Assembly: GCA_963777605.1 (NCBI GenBank)
Contig: CAVZRV010000030.1
Location: 256,001-320,000 of the forward strand
Source: an uncultured Acidobacteriota bacterium
Lineage (GTDB): Bacteria; Acidobacteriota; UBA6911; RPQK01; JAPXNP01
Reading direction: 5' to 3'
Length of the DNA: 64,000 nucleotides
The notes under the pieces: generated by a model
Told to the model about the DNA's origin: nothing
The model's input: the letters and a program-made list of their open reading frames with translations, nothing else
Database searches by the model: none
Position numbers and translations under genes: made by a program
Shown: positions 1-9,057 of the stretch, in pieces
Numbering within the stretch: the first letter of the stretch is position 1
How the letters are laid out: every line of letters starts with the position of its first letter

Positions 1-1146
1 TACCTGTTCTACGATCTGGACGCCAGGACTTTCCGTCGTTCGGATTGGGTTTGGACGTGGGGTCCGGCGATTCGATTTCTCATCGATGCGTCCAAGGTTC
101 CGGAGGTAGCCCGTCGCTATGGGGAAGAAAAGCTGCTTGCGGTGGCTCGTGAAATCGGCGACGCAAGTCTCCGCTTTTTCGTCGAGGATCCGGAGAGTCC
201 TGCCGACGGGTTGCTGATAACCCGTTTTGATCCGACGGTTCGTTACCCTCATGGGTATTCCGGATTTGCAGGTCCGGCGGACGCGTTCTTTCTGGCCGGA
301 TGGGGATACCTTCCGCTTTTCGAGGCTACTGGGGACCGGCGCTTCCTGGATGCATCCGTGCGACTGGTCAACCAGACTGAACGGCTGCTGGCCCAGGATC
401 CTGTGATCGAACAGGACTTTGTTTTCGGTTCCGGCAAGTGGAAGAACTGGACCATGGACGAGTCGGGGTTCGGCATGGAAGCCTTCGCGGAAGTGTTCCG
501 GGTGACTCAGGATCCAGCGTACCGGGAACTCGGACGCCGGTATCTTGCCAGTCTTACATCGGTTCTGGCCCGTGGAGACGGGTTATGGGACCGGACCTGG
601 CATCGCAAAGACCCGACGAGAGAAGATGACAGTTGGCCGATCGAGGGACCGGACGGCATCCCGATCCGGGTACCGACCAATGCCAATACTCGGGGATTGA
701 GCTGGGCAATGATGGGACTTCTTGCTGCCGACCGCCTTCTTCCGGGAGAGGGACACCTGGACCAGGCCAACCGGATGGCGAAGCACCTGATGGATGCCCA
801 GCATCCCGATGGTCATTGGAATTTTCTCTATGACCGTCCGGAAAGTGAAGTCGGCATCAGCGAAAAGGGGACTGCGATTTTCAGTGCGCTGTTTTATCGG
901 CTGTATCAGAAAACCCGGCATGCCGAGCACCTCGAAACGGCTCGCAAGGCATTGTACTGGTGTCTCCAACATCGGGTTTCAGAGAGCCAGGACGGTTTGG
1001 CGTGCGGAGGGATCGTGGGGCGGACACCTGCCTCGGGAGTGGTCTATCGGCGCTGGTATCCACTGATTTGCACTTACACGATGTCCTTTTACGGCAACGC
1101 GCTTCTGGCTGAGTTGGGCACCAAGAGAGAAGATCTGTCACCGTGA
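1..1146 (+). CDS. (alpha/alpha)6-barrel glycoside hydrolase-like protein (GH88/GH76/GH127-like), 5' partial
   Basis: Frame is open from base 1 (YLFYDLDARTFRRSDWVWTWG...). It has repeated helical motifs such as LFEATGDRRFLDA, VTQDPAYRELG and RGLSWAMMGL, typical of six-hairpin glycosidases. Confidence 0.55.
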   Translation, partial: YLFYDLDARTFRRSDWVWTWGPAIRFLIDASKVPEVARRYGEEKLLAVAREIGDASLRFFVEDPESPADGLLITRFDPTVRYPHGYSGFAGPADAFFLAGWGYLPLFEATGDRRFLDASVRLVNQTERLLAQDPVIEQDFVFGSGKWKNWTMDESGFGMEAFAEVFRVTQDPAYRELGRRYLASLTSVLARGDGLWDRTWHRKDPTREDDSWPIEGPDGIPIRVPTNANTRGLSWAMMGLLAADRLLPGEGHLDQANRMAKHLMDAQHPDGHWNFLYDRPESEVGISEKGTAIFSALFYRLYQKTRHAEHLETARKALYWCLQHRVSESQDGLACGGIVGRTPASGVVYRRWYPLICTYTMSFYGNALLAELGTKREDLSP

Positions 1147-2525
1147 CTGTCTCTGCCGAGTCTTCCATCCCGCAATCGCGTCTCAAGCAGTTGAATGATC
1201 GTCCCGTCCGCCCTGGGCGTTACGTTCTTTACTGGATGCAGCAATCGCAGCGGGCTGAGGAGAACCATGCCCTTGAATTCGCTATCGAACGGGCGAATCA
1301 GTGTGGCGTAGGTGTGGTGGTCATCTTCGGTTTGACGGCCGATTATCCGGAGGCCAACCGGCGTCACTACACCTTCATGCTCGAGGGTCTCCAGGATTCG
1401 GTTGAGGCACTTGCGCGGCGGGGGATCCCGATGGTCGTGCGGGTCGGAAATCCTCCCGAAGTGGCGCTTTCGCTTGCGGACGACGCCTGCATCCTGGTCT
1501 GTGACCGGGGCTACCTGAGGAACCAGAAGGCCTGGCGGCGGGAGGTGGCCGAGCGGTCGCCATGTGCGGTGTGCCAGGTCGAGAGTGACGTCGTGGTTCC
1601 GGTGGAAGTGACCTCGGGCAAAGCGGAGTACGCGGCGCGAACGATTCGTCCCCGGATTCACCGGGAGTGGGATCGATACCTGGTTGAGTTCGAGTCGATC
1701 GCATTGGAAAACCCGGTTTCTTCACCGGCAGACGGCCTGGACCTGCGGGACATCGATCGGGCGGCAGGGCAGTTGGGCCTGTCGGCGGACTTGCCTGCCG
1801 TGGGAGCCTGGTTTCGCGGCGGCACCTGCGAGGCCAAGCGGCGCTATGACGAGTTTCTGGGCGAGAAACTCACCCGGTATTCCGAACACCGCAACCAGCC
1901 CCAAACTGACGACGTCTCGGGGATGAGCCCGTATCTGCACTTCGGACAGGTCTCTCCCCTCTACCTGGCGATCGAGGCTCGACGGCGTCTGGCCGTGGCT
2001 CCTCGCGATGTGGAAACCCTCCTGGAGGAACTGATCGTACGACGGGAACTGGCCGTCAATTTTGTGGAATATACACACGACTACGATTCATTCGAGTGCC
2101 TTCCGTCCTGGGCCAGGACGACGCTCGGGAAGCATGAGTCTGATCGTCGGCCACACCTTTATTCCAGAGAAGAGCTGGTCTCCGCCCGGACGCACGATCC
2201 CTACTGGAATGCCGCAATGATGGAGATGGTCCAGACCGGGTTCATGCACAACTACATGCGGATGTACTGGGGGAAGAAGCTCCTGGAGTGGTCTTCTTCC
2301 CCGCAAGAGGCCTACCGCACAGCACTGACCCTCAACAATCGTTACTTTCTCGACGGCCGGGATGCGAACTCCTTTGCCGGTGTCGGTTGGGTGTTCGGAC
2401 TGCACGACCGACCCTGGGCCGAGCGGTCGATTTTCGGGACGATCCGCTACATGGCGGCTTCGGGACTTGAACGAAAGTGTGACATCCAAGCCTACGTCGA
2501 GAAGATCGATCGCCTGGTCGACTAA
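1143..2525 (+). CDS. phrB: Class II CPD deoxyribodipyrimidine photolyase
   Basis: Motifs YVLYWMQQSQRAEENHAL, SGMSPYLHFGQVS, GFMHNYMRMYWGKK, DGRDANSFAG and IFGTIRYM. Confidence 0.95.
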   Translation: MTVSAESSIPQSRLKQLNDRPVRPGRYVLYWMQQSQRAEENHALEFAIERANQCGVGVVVIFGLTADYPEANRRHYTFMLEGLQDSVEALARRGIPMVVRVGNPPEVALSLADDACILVCDRGYLRNQKAWRREVAERSPCAVCQVESDVVVPVEVTSGKAEYAARTIRPRIHREWDRYLVEFESIALENPVSSPADGLDLRDIDRAAGQLGLSADLPAVGAWFRGGTCEAKRRYDEFLGEKLTRYSEHRNQPQTDDVSGMSPYLHFGQVSPLYLAIEARRRLAVAPRDVETLLEELIVRRELAVNFVEYTHDYDSFECLPSWARTTLGKHESDRRPHLYSREELVSARTHDPYWNAAMMEMVQTGFMHNYMRMYWGKKLLEWSSSPQEAYRTALTLNNRYFLDGRDANSFAGVGWVFGLHDRPWAERSIFGTIRYMAASGLERKCDIQAYVEKIDRLVD

Positions 2526-4864
2526 AAGAACTGCATCGCGTACGAAAACTTCACGCCCCGGCCGATTTCCGGAGCAAGGTCCTTGATGAAGGAAACGTGG
2601 TTGCGGTAGAGCTCGTTCCCTGCATTGAAGACCTCGAACGAGAAGTGGTGAACGAAGTGCTGGGCCGGCTTTGTGTAGGAGGCCTTCAGGTTCACCACGC
2701 GGTATCCGGCCGTTCGGGTCTCATTCGGAAAAAGGTCGTCCTGGGCCGCGGCGAGGACGACCTCTGGCCGAACGCTGAAGCCGCCGTGGCGAAGATCGAC
2801 ACCGACTCTTCCTTTCAGCGGAGGAATGCGGGGGAGCGGAGTGTTCGTTTCGGTCAGCTTTGCGTCGACCATGTCGACTCCAAGATTGAGCCAGAGGATC
2901 GAGTTGAGCCCGACGTCGAGACCAAGTTCCGAGCCGATAAAGCGACTCGTTCCCTGCTCATAGTGCAGCGCCCGCAGGCCATCCTGGATGATGTTGGTCG
3001 AGGCCCCGTACACGAAGTCGCTGATGTGGTAGTAGAAGAAGTTGGCTTCACCTCTGAGCCGGTCACCGGCCTGGCGCAGCGAGAGATCGAACCCGTTGGA
3101 ACGCTCCCGGACCAGGTCGGGGTTGCCGATCTCGAAGGCGAGGTTTCCGACATGGGGACCGTAGTTGTAAAGCTCCTCGAGGCTGGGGGCGCGAAACGAA
3201 CTGGCAACGTTGGCGACGAATGCCCCATCCGTCCACAACTTGAACCTCGCTCCGGCCGCCGCCGAGAGCCCGGTGAAGCGGCGATTCGAGTAGGGAACCT
3301 GGTCGAGTACGGACGATCCGGTGGTGTCGGCGGGGCAGGTCTGGCAAATCCCGGACGGATCGTAACCCGCGTGCTCAAGACGGCCTCCGAACTGGAACTT
3401 GACGCGCTCAAGTGCCAGTTCCTCAAGGGCGAAGAGGGCCACTGTGTTCTGTTTTACCGGTGGAGACAAGGCTTCCACACCGGTTGCAGTGTAGTCGCGA
3501 AGGGCCGTGTAGACGCCGAATGTGCCACTCAGGTTGCCGGCGGCGCGCTGTTCGAGGTCTGCTCTCATCACCCATTGCTTGTTGTCGAACTGGGTTCCCA
3601 CCGATTCATCGCCGGATGGGAAAATCTCCAGTTCTCGATGTTTCCAGCGGCTGTAGCTCGAGGTAACCCGAACCGCATGGACGGGGCTGTCGAGTTCCTG
3701 GAGTCCACCGCTGAAACGGAAGCTGTGCTGGGTCCAGTCCACGTCAACGGCCTGGGGGTCCCCCTCCTGCTGAAGCGTCTGGTCTGGAGCGAGGCTGAGA
3801 GCCTGGACGGTCGAAGAAGCCGGTGTCGAAGGACCCTCGAAGGTCGTGGCGAACGGAATCCCGTAGCGCCCGTCTCTCAGGTTGTAGCCGAAGGTCAAAT
3901 AGGGTGATTTTCCGAACCAGCCGAGCCCGGCGGAACCGTTCGAGATGCGTGCCTTCGAGTTGTCGACCTTGCCTTCCGGAGTGGAATAGTCGCCCGTTCT
4001 CTGGGCACCGCTCCCGCCCCAGACCATCCAGGGACCCCATCCGTATTCCGCCGTGACCCCGGCTCCGAGGAGCCCGTTGTTGGAACCGGCGGAACTGGAC
4101 AGCTGCCCGCGGATCCCTTCGTGGCGATGCTTGTGCATTTCGTGGTGGCGGGAAATCGCGTTGACGACGCCTCCCAGCGCGCTGCTGCCGTAGAGAAGGG
4201 TCGCGGGACCCTTGACCACCTCGAGGCGTTCCAGGCTCACCGGGTCGATCGGTTCCGCATGGTCTCCGGACTGGGACCCGAGCGATCCGACGGGGAGGCC
4301 GTCTGACATTATCAGGACCCGGTCCCCGTCAAACCCGCGGATGACCGGTCGCGCGCTTCCCGGGCCAAAGCTCCGCTTGGCGACGCCCAGTTGGCCCTGC
4401 AACACTTCTCCAATCGATGGTGCGGCGTTGTCGGCCAGGGAAAAGCTGTCCATGGTCGTCACGGATTGAACCGCCTGGAACGTCGTCTCGTGGCGGTTGG
4501 AAGATGTGACGGTGACGTTTTCGTGTACTGCGGAGATCGCCAGGGAGAGTTGCAGTTGGGCCACCTGACCGGGAGTAACCTGCACGAGTTTGGCCTGCGA
4601 CGTGAGCGAAGACATATAGGCGAAAATGTCGTAACTGCCCTCCGGTACCGATTCGAAACGGAAGTGTCCGTCGTGGTCGGTTTCTACGGTCTTCCCGGTT
4701 TCCACGATCATGACGGTGGCGTGGTGGGCCGGCGTTCCATCATCTCCGAGGACGGTGCCTTCGATGGTGCCCGTACCGGCCCCCGACAGCGAACGAAGCA
4801 GGAGTAAAACCACGAAAGTAGGGACAATGCCGCTGTAAATGGTTTTTAAACAAAGCTTTATCAT
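2522..4864 (-). CDS. TonB-dependent receptor, ZnuD-like, with N-terminal carboxypeptidase-regulatory-like domain
   Basis: Plug motifs RPVIRGFDGDRVLI and DHAEPIDP...LEVVKGPATLLYGSSALGGVVN, a C-terminal Phe, and a His cluster HHEMHKHRHE. Start taken at ATG 4864 (uncertain). Confidence 0.9.
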   Translation of the reverse strand: MIKLCLKTIYSGIVPTFVVLLLLRSLSGAGTGTIEGTVLGDDGTPAHHATVMIVETGKTVETDHDGHFRFESVPEGSYDIFAYMSSLTSQAKLVQVTPGQVAQLQLSLAISAVHENVTVTSSNRHETTFQAVQSVTTMDSFSLADNAAPSIGEVLQGQLGVAKRSFGPGSARPVIRGFDGDRVLIMSDGLPVGSLGSQSGDHAEPIDPVSLERLEVVKGPATLLYGSSALGGVVNAISRHHEMHKHRHEGIRGQLSSSAGSNNGLLGAGVTAEYGWGPWMVWGGSGAQRTGDYSTPEGKVDNSKARISNGSAGLGWFGKSPYLTFGYNLRDGRYGIPFATTFEGPSTPASSTVQALSLAPDQTLQQEGDPQAVDVDWTQHSFRFSGGLQELDSPVHAVRVTSSYSRWKHRELEIFPSGDESVGTQFDNKQWVMRADLEQRAAGNLSGTFGVYTALRDYTATGVEALSPPVKQNTVALFALEELALERVKFQFGGRLEHAGYDPSGICQTCPADTTGSSVLDQVPYSNRRFTGLSAAAGARFKLWTDGAFVANVASSFRAPSLEELYNYGPHVGNLAFEIGNPDLVRERSNGFDLSLRQAGDRLRGEANFFYYHISDFVYGASTNIIQDGLRALHYEQGTSRFIGSELGLDVGLNSILWLNLGVDMVDAKLTETNTPLPRIPPLKGRVGVDLRHGGFSVRPEVVLAAAQDDLFPNETRTAGYRVVNLKASYTKPAQHFVHHFSFEVFNAGNELYRNHVSFIKDLAPEIGRGVKFSYAMQFF

Positions 4865-4965
4865 TAGACAGAACCCCAAACTCAAAAATACTAAGTGATC
4901 AAATCTTCTGGGAAACGGGCAACCCATCCACGGTTGCGCCATCTGAAACGGCATCACTTTGGGTA

Positions 4966-5307
4966 TTAGCGGAGCGTTGGAGGACTCCTCCCCAGCTGTG
5001 ATACCGGGGAGAGAATCACCTTCAAATGCTCGTCGGAGGCGGCGGCACCGAGGTGAGGAAGCGATGTGAGTAGTGTGGCCAGCGCAAGAGCCGGAAAGAG
5101 CACCGTCGAATGTGGACAGCGGTGCCCCGGTTCGGCAATGCGTTCAATGGACGCCAGCGGATCGCCCTGGGGCGCGTGCGAGTCAACCGAGAGGGGCAGG
5201 TGACCCGCAATCCTGGGACCGCTCTCCAAAGCCCACATCGACCCGAACGCCAACAGGGCGAATACCAAAAATGCAGCGCTGAGTCGGTGAATCAATTGAC
5301 GACGCAT
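4966..5307 (-). CDS. Putative leader/regulatory uORF with signal-like N-terminus and C-terminal RSPP (RAPP-like, DUF2946/CruR-like)
   Basis: 113 aa: MRRQLIHRLSAAFLVFALLAFG...GHRCPH...SQLGRSPPTLR*. Lies immediately upstream of the TBDR on the same strand. Confidence 0.6.
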   Translation of the reverse strand: MRRQLIHRLSAAFLVFALLAFGSMWALESGPRIAGHLPLSVDSHAPQGDPLASIERIAEPGHRCPHSTVLFPALALATLLTSLPHLGAAASDEHLKVILSPVSQLGRSPPTLR

Positions 5308-5429
5308 GGCCTTAGAGGCTTCGAATTGGAATGAATGTACCACAGAAGAACGTCCCCCGGCGCAGGTTGTCAGCCTTCTCTGCTACTAGTGTTGTGGAAA
5401 GGAGCGGCATCCAGAGGTCGGAAGGTAGT

Positions 5430-5744
5430 ATGGGTTTTGCGCATTCAAGTGAGGGAGAGTTCGCTCGCTTTCTTGATTTCTACCAGGTCCAGTGGCGGTA
5501 TGAGCCGATCTGTTTCCCGATCGAGTGGGACGAGTCGGGGCGGGTCGTAGCAGCATTCACACCGGATTTCTACCTTCCCGAGTTCGACATTTTCGTCGAG
5601 TTGACCACGATGAAGCAGCGGCTGGTCACCAAGAAGAATCGGAAGATCAGGCGGATGCGGGAACTCTACCCGGAGTTCCGGATCAAGATCCTCTACCGGC
5701 GGGATTACCGGAAGCTGCTCTTCAAGTTTGGGGAAATCGCATGA
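5430..5744 (+). CDS. Small hypothetical protein with PD-(D/E)xK-like nuclease signature
   Basis: SE..FARFLD...WRYEP..F...FTPDFYLPEFDIFVELTT. GAAGG precedes the ATG, and the stop overlaps the hpt start (ATGA). Confidence 0.75.
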   Translation: MGFAHSSEGEFARFLDFYQVQWRYEPICFPIEWDESGRVVAAFTPDFYLPEFDIFVELTTMKQRLVTKKNRKIRRMRELYPEFRIKILYRRDYRKLLFKFGEIA

Positions 5745-6291
5745 GCGTCCAGGGGGTGATGGTCCCTTCCGGGATACCGCCGATTCGGGATACGGTTCTG
5801 GATCGTGCAACGATTGCGCGGCGAGTTTCCGAGTTGGGCCGGGAAATCAGTGCCGACTACCAGGGCAGGGAAGTCGTCCTGGTTGGAATCCTGAAGGGGG
5901 CATACCTGTTCGCGAGCGACCTGGCCCGGTCCGTTTCCGTTCCCTGCCAACTGGAGTTCGTTTCCATCAGCAGGTACCGTCGGTCAACCGGGTTCAAGGA
6001 AGTGCGTCTCATCAAGGATGTAGACCTCGATCTTTCGGACCGTCACGTGATCCTGGTAGAGGACATCGTTGACACGGGCTTGACACTGCGTTACCTGGTG
6101 GATGAACTTTCCGGCCGATCCCCCGATCAATTGAGATTTGCAGCCTGCTCGATCGTCCTGACCTCCGTCTGGCCGACATTCCCTTGCGTTACGTCGGTTT
6201 CAACGTCAGTGAAGAGTTCCTCGTGGGCTACGGACTCGACTTCAGAGAACAGTACCGGGGACTCCCCTTCATAGCCACCCTGGACCTGTAA
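5741..6291 (+). CDS. hpt: Hypoxanthine phosphoribosyltransferase (frameshift in C5 run at about 6120-6124, probably a sequencing error)
   Basis: VGILKGAYLFASDL and the PRPP loop VILVEDIVDTGLTL. The C-terminal CSLLDRP...EEFLVGYGLDFREQYRGLPFI continues in another frame to TAA 6289-6291. Confidence 0.9.
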
Positions 6292-6350
6292 AGCCATCGT
6301 GTCTTCCCTCTGCCGATCGAGACCTCCCGGTCCGTCCAGTTTTACCAAGT

Positions 6351-6514
6351 CAGCCCCGCCCGCGCCTTCCGCGGATCGTTCAGACAGTGAAACTTCCACG
6401 AGTGGTTTGAACCGCAAGGACGCGAAGGCGCTAAGAAATCTCTTGTTTTCAACAATAAAGCGCTTTGCGATCTTCGCGTCTTGGCGTTTCAACTCGATGT
6501 TTTGCAGATGAAGT
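6351..6514 (+). repeat. Dispersed palindromic intergenic repeat family R1, copy 1
   Basis: CAGCCCCGCC...GTGAAACT...TTGAACCGCAAGGACGCGAAG...CTTCGCGTCTTGGCGTTTC...ATGAAGT; matches 6913-7087, 24079-24245 and 25938-26105. Confidence 0.85.
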
Positions 6515-6585
6515 CTCGGGAAGCCGCCGTCCAGGTTTTCCAGTCCGTCCAGGCTACCATCCCGCAGCGGCTATAATTCGAGGTC

Positions 6586-6830
6586 ATGGACTGGCGGTTC
6601 TATCTGGGGGCCTGGGCGTTTTTTTCATCTTGCTTGGAGTTTTCTACGCCGTAGCCTGGTCGGTACTGCTCCAGATCCGGGAGAACTACTATCGGTACTT
6701 TCAGAAGGCAGACCTCCAGTGGACCGGGCCGGAGAGCCGGTTCCCGCGCAAGCGAATTCGGGTGGTCCCTCTCGTGGTCATCGCGATCGCCAGCGCATGG
6801 CTGGTTGTGCACCTGGTGATTCGTCCTTGA
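6586..6830 (+). CDS. Small two-TM membrane protein (apparent -1 frameshift in G5 run at about 6606-6610)
   Basis: ATG 6586 (MDWRFYLG) joins GLGVFFILLGVFYAVAWSVLL...VVPLVVIAIASAWLVVHLVIRP* if one G is added. TATAAT at 6572-6577. Confidence 0.5.
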
Positions 6831-6912
6831 GTGGGCGCTCGATGCTTTTGAACCGGTTGGGAATCGTAAGCTAAGATGGGGCAGCGATGGTGATCTCGAA
6901 CAGATACCTGGG

Positions 6913-7087
6913 CAGCCCCGCCCCCGCGCCCTGCGCGGATCCTTCAGAAAGTGAAATTCGCCATGAGGGTTTTGAACCGCAAAGACGCCAAGGCGCTAAG
7001 AACTCTTTTCTTTTCAACAACAAAGCCCTTCGCGATCTTAGCGTCTTTGCGTTTCGATTCAACATCTCTCAAATGAAGTTTCAGGTT
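6913..7087 (+). repeat. Repeat family R1, copy 2
   Basis: Co-linear similarity to 6351-6514. Internal inverted repeat CGCAAAGACGCCAAG...CTTAGCGTCTTTGCG. Confidence 0.85.
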
Positions 7088-8419
7088 GGCGTGGCATTGT
7101 GGGCGGTCCTGATCATTGGTGCTGCCTCCCCTCAGCAGGCGATCCAGGAGGGGGATCGGCTGCTGAAGCAGGGCAAGGTGGAAGCGGCGCTGCGTGCCTA
7201 TGACGAGGCAAAACAGTCGAACCCGGCGAAGCTCGAACCCTATTTGAAATCGGCCCAGGCGCTTCTGCAGGACAAGCGTCCACGGGACGCCGGCGTCGAA
7301 CTGAGTGGGGCGGTCCGGATTGCGCCATCGAGCGCGGTGCAGGCCCGCGAGTTGGCGGCCGCGGTTGCGGATGCCGGGAACGTTCGGCTTGCATCTGCCA
7401 TCCTCGAAGCGTGGCTCCAGCGCGGAGATCTGGATGCTTCGGGCTGGTGGCTCTTGTCGGACTATTACCTTCTGGAGAAGAAATTCGACCAGGCCCTGGC
7501 GGCCGTCGGTGAGTACGAGAAGCTGGAGGGCCAATCGGAGGATTCCAATCTTCGTCGAGCGCGAGTCCTCCTCGAGAAGGGCGATCTCGAAGAATCGATG
7601 ACCGCGTTTGAGGAGGTGACCCGCCTCGATCCCCAGTCGGCGGATGCCTATCACGGGTTGTCCAAGGTCTGCCTGTTTGGGAACAACCCAGAAGCGGCCC
7701 TGAAGATGTCGGAAAAGGCGGTCGAACTGGACCCCAAGAGCGGAATCTACCTTTACCAGCTTGGAGTTGTCCTCAAGGCCCTGGGGAGAACCGAAGACGC
7801 CATCAAGCGGCTCGAAGAGGCCAAGCATGAGGGTGCCGATGCTTTTGGACTCGCGTTCGACATGGGAGACGCCTATCGCAAGGCCGGCATGATGCAGAAG
7901 GCGCGAGAGACTTTGGCGCTTTACCAGACACTGCTCGAAAAGAAGCGGCGCGACCAGGAATCTGTGCAGTTTCAGGCCCAGGGCGACGAGCAACTGCAGA
8001 AGGGCGATGTCGCCGGGGCCCGGGAGACCTTCCTCCGGCTCCTTCCGATCGACCCGGAGAATTGGGACGCGCACAACCGCCTCGCCAAGATCGCCATCTC
8101 CTCGAACCGCTTTGACGAGGCGCTGACTCATGTCAATCGCATGCTTGAAGTGGACCCGAGAAGCGCTGAGGCGCAGTTTCTTGCGGCGCTCTGCTGGAGT
8201 GCGAAGCGGGACCGGGACCGGGCGCTGCAACATGCCGAAGAGTCTGAAAGGCTTCGGCCGGGAAACGCTCCCTTGCGCAATCTCCTGGGGAACCTATACT
8301 TTGCCGCGGGGGACTGGAAACGGTCCAAAAAAGAGTACCAGGCCGCGTCACGCCTCGAACCGGACAACGCCGTGTACCGTGCCAACCTGGAATCAGCTAT
8401 GCGCAGGGCGGGGAAGTAG
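7073..8419 (+). CDS. Tetratricopeptide repeat protein, secreted
   Basis: Multiple TPR units (DPQSADAYHGLSKV, DPENWDAHNRLAKI, EPDNAVYRANL) and a hydrophobic N-terminus. Start is either ATG 7073 or GTG 7091. Confidence 0.85.
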   Translation: MKFQVGVALWAVLIIGAASPQQAIQEGDRLLKQGKVEAALRAYDEAKQSNPAKLEPYLKSAQALLQDKRPRDAGVELSGAVRIAPSSAVQARELAAAVADAGNVRLASAILEAWLQRGDLDASGWWLLSDYYLLEKKFDQALAAVGEYEKLEGQSEDSNLRRARVLLEKGDLEESMTAFEEVTRLDPQSADAYHGLSKVCLFGNNPEAALKMSEKAVELDPKSGIYLYQLGVVLKALGRTEDAIKRLEEAKHEGADAFGLAFDMGDAYRKAGMMQKARETLALYQTLLEKKRRDQESVQFQAQGDEQLQKGDVAGARETFLRLLPIDPENWDAHNRLAKIAISSNRFDEALTHVNRMLEVDPRSAEAQFLAALCWSAKRDRDRALQHAEESERLRPGNAPLRNLLGNLYFAAGDWKRSKKEYQAASRLEPDNAVYRANLESAMRRAGK

Positions 8420-8548
8420 TCCGCGGCCCAGAGGGTCCGCTTCCCAAAGTAGTTTGCTGCCCATGGTAGCCCAGGCTGCCCAGCCTGGTGGGTCAACCGG
8501 GCCGCCGGCCCGGTTGGGGAGATGGGCGGGCCCGTCACGAGGCGCGGC

Positions 8549-8660
8549 GCCGGGCACGGCTGCCCGGCTGACATTCCAGGCAGGCTGCCGGGAGTACTCT
8601 TCGCGCCGGGCAAGGCTGCCCGGCTGACATTCCAGGCAGGCTGCCTGGACTACTCTTCCA
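8549..8660 (-). repeat. Two tandem 56-bp units of repeat family R2
   Basis: GCCGGGCA(C/A)GGCTGCCCGGCTGACATTCCAGGCAGGCTGCC at 8549 and 8605; reverse complement of the module at 10613, 25870 and 51570. Confidence 0.8.
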
Positions 8661-8685
8661 GGCAAGGATGGCTGGAGTACTTTGC

Positions 8686-9057
8686 CTATCCCTTCAGTCG
8701 GTCGATTTCTCTTCGGTCCCGTTTGGTTGGGCGTCCGGCGCCTTTCTCCCGTTGTTCCGTGCCCGACTGCATGATGCGGTCGATTGGGTCCAGGCGGCGG
8801 CGCGGAGGGCTGAGGTCAAGATAAAGCTCGCGGGCCAGGGCCTTTGCCACCGGCTTGTCTCTCAGTTCCTTGACGACCAGTATCCGCGTCCAGTCTCCCA
8901 GCTTGACTTCTATTCTGTCCTCCAGCAGGAGGTCTCGGTGGGCCTTCGCCGTCTGTTCGTTGACCCGGACACGGCCCAGGGAGCAGGCCCGGGTGGCCTG
9001 CGTGCGCGTCTTGAAGACACGGGCAACCTGAAGCCACTTGTCCAGGCGGACGGTCAT
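8686..9057 (-). CDS. hslR: S4-domain ribosome-associated heat shock protein Hsp15
   Basis: VRLDKWLQVARVFKTRTQA and C-terminal GRPTKRDRREIDRL. Confidence 0.92.
   Translation of the reverse strand: MTVRLDKWLQVARVFKTRTQATRACSLGRVRVNEQTAKAHRDLLLEDRIEVKLGDWTRILVVKELRDKPVAKALARELYLDLSPPRRRLDPIDRIMQSGTEQREKGAGRPTKRDRREIDRLKG

Noticed and set aside
6110-6140. Programmed frameshift in hpt
   Set aside because: A single missing C in a C5 run explains it; there is no slippery heptamer or precedent, and other indels in the window indicate sequencing error.
6127-6492. Short ORFs sharing KDAKIAK/FIVENKR-like peptides (also 6871-7065, 24031-24219 and 25958-26176)
   Set aside because: The peptide similarity comes from translating the R1 DNA repeat; starts and frames are inconsistent.
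8549-8660. Tandem repeats as a possible CRISPR array
   Set aside because: Only two contiguous 56-bp units with no unique spacers and no cas genes; they belong to the dispersed R2 family.
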